Assembly (NCBI GenBank): GCA_946497695.1
Contig: CAMMLJ010000003.1
Coordinates: 19,310 to 83,309 of the forward strand
Direction of reading: 5' to 3'
From: an uncultured Clostridium sp.
GTDB taxonomy: Bacteria; Bacillota; Clostridia; TANB77; CAG-508
DNA length: 64,000 nucleotides
Part shown: positions 42,108-52,569 of the stretch, piece by piece
Numbering within the stretch: position 1 is the first letter of the stretch
How the letters are laid out: the number at the start of each line of letters is the position of its first letter
The notes under the pieces: generated by a model
What the model was told of the DNA's origin: nothing
What the model saw: only the letters and a program-made list of their open reading frames with translations
Database searches by the model: none
Translations under genes and position numbers: made by a program

Positions 42108-44072
42108 CTAAAGACTTTCTTCTCGCTCTACTTCTGGAATTCTTTTAAATGATATTCTTTTTTCTTGTTTGTTAGCATCTATTACTTCTATATTTATTTT
42201 ATCTCCTATTTTAAAAGTTTCTTTGGTTCTTTCCCCTATTAAAATTTTATGGTCTGCATCATATTCATAATACTCATCACCTAAATTTTCGAATCTAATA
42301 AGACCTTCTACTGTATTTTCTAATTCGACAAATACACCAAACTGTGTAACTCCAGAAATGATGCCTTCGTACTGTTCTCCAATCTTTTTACTCATATATT
42401 CAGCTTTCTTTATATCTATACTATCTCTTTCTACTTGTGTCGCAATTTTTTCCCTATCTGATGATTGTTTAGCATCATTTTCAGCCACCTTAGTATAAAA
42501 CTCTACCTGCTTTTCTGAGATTGTATAGTTATTTTTCAAATACTTTGAAATAATTCTATGTATAAATAAATCTGGATATCTTCTAATTGGTGAAGTAAAA
42601 TGACAATAATATTTACTGGCTATTCCAAAATGTCCCTTATTTTCTGAATCGTATACAGCAACTTTTAAAGTTCTTAAAATCATATTAGAAACTATTTTTT
42701 CTTCTGGCTTTCCTTCTACTTCTTTTAATATTTTAGAAAATTCAGCTGGATAAATTTTTCCCTCTTTAATATGTATCTTATATCCAAAATTAAATAATAA
42801 TTTATTTAATTCGTTTACCTTTTCTATATCTGGTTCTTCGTGTACACGATATATAAAGGGTGCTTTAAGCCAATAAAATTTTTCTGCAATTGTCTCGTTT
42901 GCTGCTAACATGAATTGTTCTATTATTTCATTTGCAAAAGTTGTTTCATATTTGCATACATCTATTGCATATCCATCTTGGTCTAATGTAATTTTGCTTT
43001 CCGGTATATCTAAATTTAAATATCCTTTTGTTAATCTCTTTTCTTTTAATAGCTTAGCTAATTCTTCCATAAGTTTAAAATCTGCTATATAATCTTTGTA
43101 TTTTTCTACTATTTCTTCATTTGAATTGTCTAGTATTGCTTGTACATCTTTATACGACATTCTTCTCGTAACATTTATTATTCCTTTAAATACATCGCTA
43201 GAGATTATTTTTCCTTTTTTATCTATTTCCATACTTACAGATAATGTATATCTGTCTTGCCCTTCATTTAAACTACAAATCCCATTAGAAAGTTCTCTTG
43301 GAAGCATTGGAATAACTCTGTTTAACATATATATACTCGTCCCTCTTAATAAAGCTTCCTTGTCTAGTAATGTATTTTCTTGTACATAATGGCTTACATC
43401 TGCTATATGAACATCTAACTTATAATTTCCATTCTCTAACATTTGAACACAAACAGCATCATCTAAATCTTTTGCATCTTCGCCATCTATTGTAAAAATA
43501 TTATATTTACCACGAAGATCTACTCTGCCTGCTATATCCTTAGGATCAATCTTATCTCCAAATTTTTGTGCTTCTTTTACAACATCCTTTGGAAACCTGT
43601 ATGGCAACTCATAATCTTTAATTAGAGAAAGCATATCTATACCTGCTTCATTTACATTGCCTATAACTTCTAATATTTTTCCTTCTGCTTTCTTACCTTT
43701 TTGTGGATATTTAGTAATTTGTACAAGAACTTTATGATTATTTCTAGCTTTACCAAAATTCTTTTTAGAGATAAATATATCTCTGCACAACTTTTTGTCA
43801 TCTGGTATTACAAACCCAAAATTTTTATTTTTTTGAAAAGTTCCTACTAAAGTATCTTTTTTGTGTTCTATAACTTTTAATATTATTCCTTCTTGTCTTG
43901 CACCAGTTGATTTTTTCTTTAATTTTACTAAAACTCTATCTCCACTAAACGCATCTTTTGAATCTTCTTTAGCAATATATATATCATCTTCTTGGTCTTC
44001 TACGATAACAAAACCAAAACCTCTTTCATGTCTTCTAAAAATTCCTTCTATAAACCTATTTTTTGCTTGCAT
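42108..44072 (-). CDS. rnr: ribonuclease R
   Basis: GFGFV, TIDGEDAKDLDDA, HFTSPIRRYPD, S1 domain; next to secG. Confidence 0.95.
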   Translation of the reverse strand: MQAKNRFIEGIFRRHERGFGFVIVEDQEDDIYIAKEDSKDAFSGDRVLVKLKKKSTGARQEGIILKVIEHKKDTLVGTFQKNKNFGFVIPDDKKLCRDIFISKKNFGKARNNHKVLVQITKYPQKGKKAEGKILEVIGNVNEAGIDMLSLIKDYELPYRFPKDVVKEAQKFGDKIDPKDIAGRVDLRGKYNIFTIDGEDAKDLDDAVCVQMLENGNYKLDVHIADVSHYVQENTLLDKEALLRGTSIYMLNRVIPMLPRELSNGICSLNEGQDRYTLSVSMEIDKKGKIISSDVFKGIINVTRRMSYKDVQAILDNSNEEIVEKYKDYIADFKLMEELAKLLKEKRLTKGYLNLDIPESKITLDQDGYAIDVCKYETTFANEIIEQFMLAANETIAEKFYWLKAPFIYRVHEEPDIEKVNELNKLLFNFGYKIHIKEGKIYPAEFSKILKEVEGKPEEKIVSNMILRTLKVAVYDSENKGHFGIASKYYCHFTSPIRRYPDLFIHRIISKYLKNNYTISEKQVEFYTKVAENDAKQSSDREKIATQVERDSIDIKKAEYMSKKIGEQYEGIISGVTQFGVFVELENTVEGLIRFENLGDEYYEYDADHKILIGERTKETFKIGDKINIEVIDANKQEKRISFKRIPEVEREESL

Positions 44073-44098
44073 TTATCTCTTCCTTTCGAAATATGGGC

Positions 44099-44194
44099 TC
44101 GGGATTTGGGGACGTTCCTTTTTTCCCTGTTTTTATTATTATCTCGTCGGGATTTGGGGACGTTCCTTTTTTCCCTGTTTTTATTATTATCTCG
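44099..44194 (+). repeat. exact 48-bp tandem duplication containing REP-like type A
   Basis: TCGGGATTTGGGGACGTTCCTTTTTTCCCTGTTTTTATTATTATCTCG x2. Confidence 0.95.
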
Positions 44195-44300
44195 TGATTA
44201 TTAAATTTTTATTACTTGTCCTTTAACATTATTTCATTTATATTAGCATTATATCTCTAATACAAAAAAAGCAGACATATGCTGCTTTTTTTACCCTAGA

Positions 44301-44555
44301 TTATTTTATTAACATAAATACAATTCCTAATATAATTGTTAAAATTGCAAATATTACTCCTAATATAATTGTCCATCTTTTTTGCTTTCCGGCTTTTGTT
44401 CTACCTTTATTCTTATCATAAAAATTGTTTGTTGCAGTATCTGTAATTGCTCCGGATGCTCCATTATCTTCTTTTTCTTGAACCAATGTTAATATAATAA
44501 TTGCTGCAGCAACTATAATATATATTACTATTAATGCATATTTTAATATTTCCAT
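44301..44555 (-). CDS. secG: preprotein translocase subunit SecG
   Basis: TM-LVQE..GASGAI..TM; upstream of rnr. Confidence 0.88.
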   Translation of the reverse strand: MEILKYALIVIYIIVAAAIIILTLVQEKEDNGASGAITDTATNNFYDKNKGRTKAGKQKRWTIILGVIFAILTIILGIVFMLIK

Positions 44556-44624
44556 TTTGTAAATTCCTCCCAAGTTTTCAAACTTTTTTTATTTTAACAT
44601 ATATGTTTTATAAAATCAAATATT

Positions 44625-45527
44625 TTAATCATTTTTATCTTTTTTGAATTTCTTCCATATAATATTAGGCTTTCTTTCTTTTTCTGGTATCCTATCTGTA
44701 ACAATGTCTTTTATTAAAATTTTCTTTAAAGTTTCTTCATTTACATCTGCAATTAATTTGCCATCCTTAGCAATTGATATCTTACCTGTTTCCTCAGAAA
44801 CTATAACTGCTATTGCGTCTGATTCTTTAGATATTCCGATTCCTGCTCTATGTCTTGTTCCTAATTCTTTTGCTATATCTTGTCCATTTGCTAATGGTAA
44901 CATACATGCCGCTGCTTTTATTTTATTATTACTAATAACAACAGCCCCATCATGAAGCGGGGTTTTTGGCACGAATATATTAGTTAAAAGTTGTGGAGAT
45001 ACATCTGCATCAATTAAAATACCTGTATCTATAATATCTTTTATTCCAATATCTCTTTCTATTACTATTAGTGCTCCTATTTGTCTTTTTGACATTTCTT
45101 CTGCTGCTATTACTATTTTATATATATCTTCTTTGTTTTTTGTTTCTATATCTTCTGTAAATCCCAGATATTTCTTTAACTTATTAGTTCCTAATTGCTC
45201 CAATGCTCTTCTTATCTCTGGTTGGAAAATAATTATTAGAGCTAATACTCCCCAACTTACTACTTTGTCTAAAATTGCATGTAATATTGTAAGTTTAAAT
45301 ACTCCACTAAGCCATGTTACTACTAATAATAAGACAATTCCTTTTAAAACTTGCCATGCTCTGGAGTCTTTTGTAAGTTTTAGTATTTTATATGCTAAAA
45401 ATATAACTATTGCTATATCTATTAAAAATAATACTAAATCTATTGGATGTTCCCACATTTGCATAATTCTAGCCAAAATATTGGTTTCATAAAAGTCTGA
45501 GATTCCTGTAATTATATCATCTTTCAT
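44625..45527 (-). CDS. cdaA: diadenylate cyclase CdaA
   Basis: 3 TM, IFQPEIRRALEQLG, TPLHDGA, LGTRHRA. Confidence 0.95.
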   Translation of the reverse strand: MKDDIITGISDFYETNILARIMQMWEHPIDLVLFLIDIAIVIFLAYKILKLTKDSRAWQVLKGIVLLLVVTWLSGVFKLTILHAILDKVVSWGVLALIIIFQPEIRRALEQLGTNKLKKYLGFTEDIETKNKEDIYKIVIAAEEMSKRQIGALIVIERDIGIKDIIDTGILIDADVSPQLLTNIFVPKTPLHDGAVVISNNKIKAAACMLPLANGQDIAKELGTRHRAGIGISKESDAIAVIVSEETGKISIAKDGKLIADVNEETLKKILIKDIVTDRIPEKERKPNIIWKKFKKDKND

Positions 45528-45540
45528 TATTTACTCCCTA

Positions 45541-45669
45541 TTACATACCAATTAAATAGTATACTAATGTTCCTCCTACACTAACTATCATTAACGCTGC
45601 TAAAATGCCTGCTGTAATTTTTACAAAAATATTATTACTTCCTGAATGTTTTTTCTCTTTTTTAGACAT
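45541..45669 (-). CDS. 42-aa single-TM protein (DUF4044-like)
   Basis: AAGGAGG RBS; MSKKEKKHSGSNNIFVKITAGILAALMIVSVGGTLVYYLIGM. Confidence 0.7.
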   Translation of the reverse strand: MSKKEKKHSGSNNIFVKITAGILAALMIVSVGGTLVYYLIGM

Positions 45670-45829
45670 TTTATTTCCTCCTTGTATACACATAATACGA
45701 ATATAGTTTACCACATTTTAATTTTTTTGTAAACCTAAAAATTTTGTCAAAAAATTAAAATTTATTATTTGCTTTTTAAATTGCATAAATCATAACCAGT
45801 ATTTTTTTTAGTTAAATTGCCAAGAAAAT

Positions 45830-45902
45830 AGGGATTTAAGGAACGTCCCCAAATCCCCGATAGGAATGTGCTCAAATCCCTTAAGAACATCCCAAAAATC
45901 CC
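45830..45902 (-). repeat. REP-like repeat type B (45830-45858) plus two decayed copies
   Basis: minus strand: GGGATTTTTGGGATGTTCTTAA / GGGATTTGAGCACATTCCTATC / GGGGATTTGGGGACGTTCCTTAAATCCCT. Confidence 0.85.
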
Positions 45903-45911
45903 ATTTTACTA

Positions 45912-46475
45912 TTAGTCTTCGTCATTTATGTATTTCTTTGTGAATCTAAATTGAATTATTACTCCAAATACAAATAGTATTGCATCTATTAAAGTAATTA
46001 TTATAAATGTTTCTTTTTGCACATTTTTTACTTGTTCTACATAATTATTTTGACTTTCTATCATGGTATTTTTCTCTTCATCGTCTACATCTTCACTGTT
46101 TTGTATTTGTTCTTCTGCTGCAGCTCTTGTATCTTCTAGACCTATTATTGTTACAGCATAATTTAACGCATTAAATAAAGAAACAACTATTAGTACTAGG
46201 GCATAAAAAATTATGATATTTCTTTTAAATTTAAATAAATTTTTATCATCCATTTTTCTTGTTTTAAATATATCTGATGTTGCAAGCTTTGTTGGAAAAA
46301 ATATTAATATTCCCATTGTAATAATAGAAAATATTGATAATACTAACATATTAACTTTTCCTAACATAAAATATGCTATAACTGCTAATATTATAGATAT
46401 TACAATATAGTATAGTATAAATCTCCAAATAAATGCCCAAGTCATTTTTCCAGAAGTTTTTAATTCTTTATCCAT
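45912..46475 (-). CDS. hypothetical 4-TM membrane protein
   Basis: hydrophobic helices; GGAGG RBS. Confidence 0.75.
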   Translation of the reverse strand: MDKELKTSGKMTWAFIWRFILYYIVISIILAVIAYFMLGKVNMLVLSIFSIITMGILIFFPTKLATSDIFKTRKMDDKNLFKFKRNIIIFYALVLIVVSLFNALNYAVTIIGLEDTRAAAEEQIQNSEDVDDEEKNTMIESQNNYVEQVKNVQKETFIIITLIDAILFVFGVIIQFRFTKKYINDED

Positions 46476-46689
46476 TCTTTTTCCTCCGTATAACTTATAA
46501 AATTTATATTGATATTATATTCTGTTTACTAAACCATGTCAAACTCATTCTTTAATTAAACTTTAATATAGTAAATATTCATCATTCTTATTTAGCGGGG
46601 TTATTTTATGTAAATTATGATATAATATATTATGTAGCATAGTACATAGAAAAAATAATAAGTAATTAATGCTCTTTAGACATTCTTTT

Positions 46690-46726
46690 AAGCGGTGGGG
46701 TATGCACTTTTCCCCACCGCTTTTTC
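46690..46726 (+). terminator. strong intrinsic terminator on + strand
   Basis: AAGCGGTGGGG...CCCCACCGCTTTTT. Confidence 0.7.
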
Positions 46727-46743
46727 TATATATATATCAAAAT

Positions 46744-47178
46744 TTATTTTTCTTTATCTAACAAATCTTTAATTGTATGCCATGCTAAAACTGCACATTT
46801 AACTCTTGCAGGCATATTAGAAACGTTTTTAAATGCTATAGCATCCTCTAATTTTTCAAGTTCGCTATCTTCTTTTATTTCTCTTTTAATCATTCCAATA
46901 AAAGTATCTATAATTTCTAATGCCTCTTCTTTTGTCTTACCAATTAAAGTATCTATCATAATAGAAGTAGATGCTTGTGATATAGCACAACCATGCCCAG
47001 TAAATGCTAAATCCTCTATTACATCACCATTCATTTTTATTTCTAATTCTATTTCATCACCACAACTTGGATTATGTCCCATTTCGCATTTATCTGGATG
47101 ATCTAATTTCCTTTTATTATGTGATGCCATACTATGTTCCATAATTAAATCTGTATAAACTGAATCTAAATTATCCAT
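46744..47178 (-). CDS. sufU: SUF Fe-S scaffold/sulfur transfer protein SufU
   Basis: NPSCGD, GCAISQAS, RVKCAVL. Confidence 0.95.
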   Translation of the reverse strand: MDNLDSVYTDLIMEHSMASHNKRKLDHPDKCEMGHNPSCGDEIELEIKMNGDVIEDLAFTGHGCAISQASTSIMIDTLIGKTKEEALEIIDTFIGMIKREIKEDSELEKLEDAIAFKNVSNMPARVKCAVLAWHTIKDLLDKEK

Positions 47179-47222
47179 TAGTCCATTCCTTTCTTAAAAC
47201 ATTCTGTCTATAATAATAAGTT

Positions 47223-48446
47223 TTAAGCTTTTCTCCATTTTTTAAACATATCATTAGCCTTATTAAGTGCCATTATCAACCTATCTATATCTGCTTTAGT
47301 ATTATAGATATACATACTTGCTCTACAAGTTGCAGGAAGATTTAAAAATCTAATTAATGGTTGTGCACAATGGTCACCTGCACGCACACATACACCACAA
47401 GAACTTAGGATTGTTGCTGTATCATGTGGATGAACATCTTTTATATTAAATGAAAGTACTCCTATTTGATTTTCATTTGTCTTTGGAGCATATATATCTA
47501 CAAAATCTAATTTGCTCATTTCAGCTTTTGTATATTCTAAAAGTTCATTCTCTATTTTTTCTACATTATCCATTCCTATATTTTCTAGGTAATCTATTGC
47601 AGCTGCTAGTCCAACTGCTCCACCAATATTTTGTGTTCCTGCCTCAAATTTTGATGGTAGTTTTGCAAATGTTGTTTCTTGTTCATAAACATATTCTATC
47701 ATGTCTCCTCCCATAAGGAATGGAATCATTTTATCTAATAATTCATATTTTCCATAAAGTACACCTATTCCCATTGGAGACATTAATTTGTGTCCAGAAA
47801 ATACGAAGAAATCTGCATCCATTTTTTGTACATCTACTTTAATGTGTGGCACGCTTTGTGCTCCATCTACGATAACAACTGCTCCAACATCATGTGCTCT
47901 TTTTATTATTTTGTCTAGTGGTGTTTTTACACCTAAAACATTAGATATTTCTGTTATACTTACAATCTTTGTCTTTTCCGTTATTTTTTTATTAATTTCT
48001 TCAGCTGTTATCTCATAATTATCATTAATATACATATATTCCAATTTAGCTTTTTTTATTTTTGTAACTTTTTGCCAAGGTACTAAATTAGAATGATGTT
48101 CCATAATAGAAATAACTACTGTATCTTCTTCTTGTAGATTTTCTAATCCGTAAGAATTTGCAACCAAATTTAAAGCTTCGGTAGCATTTTTAGTAAATAC
48201 TATTTCTTCTGGTCTTTTCGCATTTATAAATTTTGCAACTTTTGCTCTTGCCTTATCATATTCTGCTGTGGAATCTATACTTAAATCATATGTTCCTCTA
48301 TGTGGATTTGCATTATTTTTATTATAGTATTCTTCTACTGCTTTTAATACCTGATAAGGTCTTTGTGATGTCGCACCACTATCTAAATATGCAATATCTC
48401 TATTTTCGAATATTTTAAAATCTTTTCTAATTGTTTCAGGATTCAT
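47223..48446 (-). CDS. sufS: cysteine desulfurase SufS
   Basis: YLDSGAT, EHHSN, SGHK, RAGDHCA. Confidence 0.95.
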   Translation of the reverse strand: MNPETIRKDFKIFENRDIAYLDSGATSQRPYQVLKAVEEYYNKNNANPHRGTYDLSIDSTAEYDKARAKVAKFINAKRPEEIVFTKNATEALNLVANSYGLENLQEEDTVVISIMEHHSNLVPWQKVTKIKKAKLEYMYINDNYEITAEEINKKITEKTKIVSITEISNVLGVKTPLDKIIKRAHDVGAVVIVDGAQSVPHIKVDVQKMDADFFVFSGHKLMSPMGIGVLYGKYELLDKMIPFLMGGDMIEYVYEQETTFAKLPSKFEAGTQNIGGAVGLAAAIDYLENIGMDNVEKIENELLEYTKAEMSKLDFVDIYAPKTNENQIGVLSFNIKDVHPHDTATILSSCGVCVRAGDHCAQPLIRFLNLPATCRASMYIYNTKADIDRLIMALNKANDMFKKWRKA

Positions 48447-49504
48447 TAATCTAGCCTCCTATCAACCTCTTCTAAAATCAAATTTTGTACAGCCTCTTCT
48501 TTAATTCCTTGTATTACAGAATTAAATTTAGCCTTAACAATCATTTTCTTTGCTTCTTTTTCACTTATTCCTCTTGTCATAATATAAAATAATTCGTTTT
48601 CGTCAACTTTACCTGTTGCTGTACTATGTTCTCCTTCTACATCATCTTCTGTACATAACAGCATTGGTAATGCTTTAGAATATGATGTATCAGAAAGTAG
48701 TGTACAATATTCATTTTCTTTTCCTTTTGCTTTTTTAGAACCTGTTTTAAAATCTATTGTTCCTTTAAAATTCTTTTTAGCTTTATCTTTTAAAGCTCCA
48801 TTTACTTCTATATCTACATTTGTTTTTTCTCCATATAATTCTGTAATATAATTTAAATCTATTTTTTGTTCTTCTTTTCCTAAATAGATTGAATGTAGTT
48901 TATTAACTGATTTGTAACCAGCTAATTTTGCATAATAATTTACTACATTATATTTTCCACCAAACTCTACCATAGAAAATAATGTTTTGCTTTCATCCTC
49001 TATGTTAGAATTTACAGAGTAAAAATTATTTATTTTTGTGTTTAATAAATTTACAATTGTTACATGAATATTTGCATTTGCTCCGATTTCTGCATTACAA
49101 ATTCCATTATGATATCCATCAATCTCGTCTTGTGATCTGTATATAACAATTATATTTGCTTTTGTATTATCTTTTGCATTTATATTTATATTATCAACTA
49201 AAACATCATTAGATTTGTCCAAATTAAATTTTATTATAATTGGCTCTTTTAATTTTTTATCTACATTTATTTTTAAATTTACATTTGCTTGGTTATTTGA
49301 TTGATTTAAGAAATACTCTCCTAAACCAAATTTTAAATTTATATTTTCTTTTTCTGAACTTACACAATTTTCATTATCTGTTATTTTCACATTTGAAAAT
49401 TCTTTAATAGCTGGTTCTACAAAGTCTTTTATTTCTATATTGTTTATCCCATAATTTTTAGATGTTCTAACTGGAGTTTCGTTTAATACTATATTTTCCA
49501 TCAT
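48446..49504 (-). CDS. sufD: Fe-S assembly protein SufD
   Basis: EDDVEGEH, FYIMTRG; operon order. Confidence 0.88.
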   Translation of the reverse strand: MMENIVLNETPVRTSKNYGINNIEIKDFVEPAIKEFSNVKITDNENCVSSEKENINLKFGLGEYFLNQSNNQANVNLKINVDKKLKEPIIIKFNLDKSNDVLVDNININAKDNTKANIIVIYRSQDEIDGYHNGICNAEIGANANIHVTIVNLLNTKINNFYSVNSNIEDESKTLFSMVEFGGKYNVVNYYAKLAGYKSVNKLHSIYLGKEEQKIDLNYITELYGEKTNVDIEVNGALKDKAKKNFKGTIDFKTGSKKAKGKENEYCTLLSDTSYSKALPMLLCTEDDVEGEHSTATGKVDENELFYIMTRGISEKEAKKMIVKAKFNSVIQGIKEEAVQNLILEEVDRRLD

Positions 49505-50916
49505 CCTATACTCCCTTCTAACTCTAGATTTATTAAGTTATTCATTTCTACTGCGTATTCTAAAGGAAGTTCTTTAGAAATAGGATATGCAAATCCTCTT
49601 ACTATCATTGCTTTTGCTTCTTCTTCTGAAATTCCTCTTGACATTAAATAGAATATTTCTTCATCACTTATTTTTCCTATTTTTGCTTCGTGTGAAAATT
49701 CTACTTCTTCTGTTCTAATATCACTTACTGGAATTGTGTCAGATTTAGATTTATTATCTAACATTAGTGATTCACAAGATACGGATAATTTAGAATTTTT
49801 AGCTTGTGGCATAACTCTTTCTAAACTTCTAAATGTTGCGATTCCACCATCTTTAGAAATTGATTTAGAGTTAATTACTGATGATGTATTTGGTGCATTA
49901 TGCACAACTTTTAAACCAGTATCTAGGTTTTGTCCATGTCCTGCAAAAGAAATTCCTGTATATTCCATTTTAGAATTTGATCCATTTAATACTGCCATTG
50001 GATATAACATAGAAACTTTAGAACCAAATGAACCTGTTACCCATTCTATTTTTCCGCCTTCTTCTACTAATGCTCTTTTTGTATTTAAGTTCATCATATT
50101 TTTAGACCAGTTTTCTATTGTTGAATATCTAAGCTGAGCATTTTTCTTAACAAATAATTCTACACAACCAACATGTAAGTTTACTTTGTTATATTTTGGA
50201 GCAGAACAACCTTCTATAAAATGTAAACTTGCTCCTTCATCTACAATTATTAGAGTGTGTTCAAATTGTCCAGATTCTGGTGAGTTTAACCTAAAATATG
50301 ATTGTAAAGGAATATCTACTTGTACACCTTTTGGCACATATACAAATGATCCCCCTGACCAAACTGCTCCATGTAATGCAACAAATTTATGGTCTGATAC
50401 TGGTACACATTTCATAAAATGCTCTTTTACTATATCTTCATAATCTCTTACAGCGGTTTCCATGTCTGTATATATAACACCTTGTTTTACTAAATCTTCT
50501 TTTATGCTATGATATACAACTTCTGAATCATATTGTGCGCCAACACCTGCTAAAGATTCTTTTTCTGCTTCTGGAATTCCAAGTGCATCAAATGTATTTT
50601 TTATATCTTCTGGAACATCATCCCAACTATTTTTCATAGCTGTTTTGGGTCTTACATATGTTGCAATTTCGTCCATATTTAATTCGTCTAGATTTGGTCC
50701 CCATGTTGGAAGCTCTAATTTGTTATATGTTTCTAAAGCTTTTAATCTAAAATCTTTCATCCATGTAGGATCATTTTTTTGTTTTGAAATTTCTTCTACT
50801 ATTTCCTTAGTTATACCTTTTTTAGATTTATAACTATATTCGTCTTTATTTTTTATGTCATATATGTTTCTAGAAATATCTTCAATTTGTGTTTTCTTTT
50901 CTGACAATTTTTTCAC
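49501..50916 (-). CDS. sufB: Fe-S assembly protein SufB
   Basis: AGVGAQYDSE, GQFEHTL, EGCSAP, HEA, FYLMSRG (start may be TTG at 50907). Confidence 0.96.
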   Translation of the reverse strand: MKKLSEKKTQIEDISRNIYDIKNKDEYSYKSKKGITKEIVEEISKQKNDPTWMKDFRLKALETYNKLELPTWGPNLDELNMDEIATYVRPKTAMKNSWDDVPEDIKNTFDALGIPEAEKESLAGVGAQYDSEVVYHSIKEDLVKQGVIYTDMETAVRDYEDIVKEHFMKCVPVSDHKFVALHGAVWSGGSFVYVPKGVQVDIPLQSYFRLNSPESGQFEHTLIIVDEGASLHFIEGCSAPKYNKVNLHVGCVELFVKKNAQLRYSTIENWSKNMMNLNTKRALVEEGGKIEWVTGSFGSKVSMLYPMAVLNGSNSKMEYTGISFAGHGQNLDTGLKVVHNAPNTSSVINSKSISKDGGIATFRSLERVMPQAKNSKLSVSCESLMLDNKSKSDTIPVSDIRTEEVEFSHEAKIGKISDEEIFYLMSRGISEEEAKAMIVRGFAYPISKELPLEYAVEMNNLINLELEGSIG

Positions 50917-50918
50917 CT

Positions 50919-51659
50919 CTATTTCTTGTATTCTTCATATCCTTTTGCTTCTATTTCGTTTGCTAAATCACCTGTACTTGTTTTAATTATTTTTCCGTCC
51001 ACTAAAACATGTACATAATCCACATGTAAGCCTTGTAAAATCTTTGTTCCATGAGTTATTATTAGCACTCCATTATTTTCATTGCTATACATTTTTATTC
51101 CTTTAGAAACTGTTTTTATGGCATCTACATCTAGTCCTGAATCTGTTTCATCTAAGATTGCAAGTTTTGGATTTAATGTAAGCATTTGTAATATCTCATT
51201 TTTCTTTTTCTCTCCACCAGAAAAACCAACATTTAAATTTCTGTTAGCATATTCTGGTTTCATTTTTAATTCTTCCATATTTTTTTCTAATTCTTTTTTG
51301 AATTCAAATATTTTAACTGGTTTTCCTGTTGTTGCTATTTTTGCATATTTTAAAAAGTTTGTAACACTAACTCCTGGAATTTCTTTTGGTGATTGGAATG
51401 ACATAAATATTCCTTTTCTTGCTCTTTTGTCTGTTTTTAGTCCATTTATGTTTTCACCGTCTAATATAATATCTCCTTCTGTTTGTGTATATTCTGGATT
51501 TGCTAATATTACATTAGATAGTGTAGATTTACCAGCACCATTTGGTCCCATAATTACATGTACTTCACCTTTATTTATTTTTAGTTCTAATCCTTTTATT
51601 ATTTCTTTATCTCCTGCTTTTGCATGTAAATTTTTTATTTCTAATAATGTTTCGCTCAT
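50919..51659 (-). CDS. sufC: Fe-S assembly ATPase SufC
   Basis: GPNGAGKST, FSGGEKKKNE, DETDSGLD. Confidence 0.96.
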   Translation of the reverse strand: MSETLLEIKNLHAKAGDKEIIKGLELKINKGEVHVIMGPNGAGKSTLSNVILANPEYTQTEGDIILDGENINGLKTDKRARKGIFMSFQSPKEIPGVSVTNFLKYAKIATTGKPVKIFEFKKELEKNMEELKMKPEYANRNLNVGFSGGEKKKNEILQMLTLNPKLAILDETDSGLDVDAIKTVSKGIKMYSNENNGVLIITHGTKILQGLHVDYVHVLVDGKIIKTSTGDLANEIEAKGYEEYKK

Positions 51660-51778
51660 TTTACTAACTCCTTTTATTTGTATTTTGTTAGCTCATGCTA
51701 ACTTTTATGCATATAATATGTGCAATTTTTAAATTGCACGAAATTTCAATTATTATATTATATCTGTTCACAAGTATA

Positions 51779-51807
51779 ATTGTATTATATTTATGAATGT
51801 TTGTCAA
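51779..51807 (-). promoter_or_regulatory. sigma-A promoter of suf operon
   Basis: TTGACA-17-TACAAT. Confidence 0.65.
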
Positions 51808-51837
51808 TGCTAACAATCTAATTTTTCCGCAATATTA

Positions 51838-52437
51838 TTACATTTTCCACCTTTTTACCACATTCATAGGAACTTCATACTCTTCAATTAAATCAGCTAT
51901 TTCTCTTGACATTCCATTCATAAGCCAATCTAATAGAATTTCTTTTTTTACAGGCATTTCGCTTTCTATTTCCAAAATAATCATATCAATTAAAGCTCTT
52001 GCAGTCATTTCCACTAGAAATTCTAATTGTTTTGTAAGCTCAGTTGCAGTTTTGTGTTTTATAAGCTTTTTTAAATAAAATCTTGTTTTATTTAAAATTA
52101 ACATTTCAAATGCTTTACTAGAATCATCTTTTATTGCATGCATATAAAAATTCTTTTTCTCTGCTAAAATATCTATAATATATTTTAACCAACTTTTTAT
52201 GCTAAATTTTTCTTCGCCAGTATAAATTACAGAACCACAGTCTTCTTCATATATCCAATTAATTAAATCCTTTTTATCTAAAAAATACCTATAAAAAACT
52301 TGTCTTGATATATCACAATTTACAGTTATATCAGTAATCGTAATTTTATCTATAGGCTTCTTTTCGACTAAATTCATTAGTGAACTTGCAATTTTTTTCT
52401 TCGTTTTATCACGAACTCTCACGTCCTCACCCCACAT
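51838..52437 (-). CDS. TetR-like regulator (DhaS-type)
   Basis: TKKKIA...KPIDKITITDI...ISRQVFY.YF.DK.DL. Confidence 0.85.
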   Translation of the reverse strand: MWGEDVRVRDKTKKKIASSLMNLVEKKPIDKITITDITVNCDISRQVFYRYFLDKKDLINWIYEEDCGSVIYTGEEKFSIKSWLKYIIDILAEKKNFYMHAIKDDSSKAFEMLILNKTRFYLKKLIKHKTATELTKQLEFLVEMTARALIDMIILEIESEMPVKKEILLDWLMNGMSREIADLIEEYEVPMNVVKRWKM

Positions 52438-52569
52438 ATTTTTTTACGAACATTCAGGATATGTAAAAATTTTGTCGGAATTTAAATTTTGTATATTTAC
52501 TATCTCATTTTTTACCTATATGATTATACCATATATAACAAATCTTTTAAACATAACAGGGGGTAAAAA

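Noticed and set aside
44099-44194. Possible mini CRISPR array
   Set aside because: The two units are identical including the would-be spacer; no cas genes; the motif is dispersed across the window
52525-52542. NrdR box upstream of nrdD
   Set aside because: Only a partial match (ACCATATATAAC), no second box, AT-rich context
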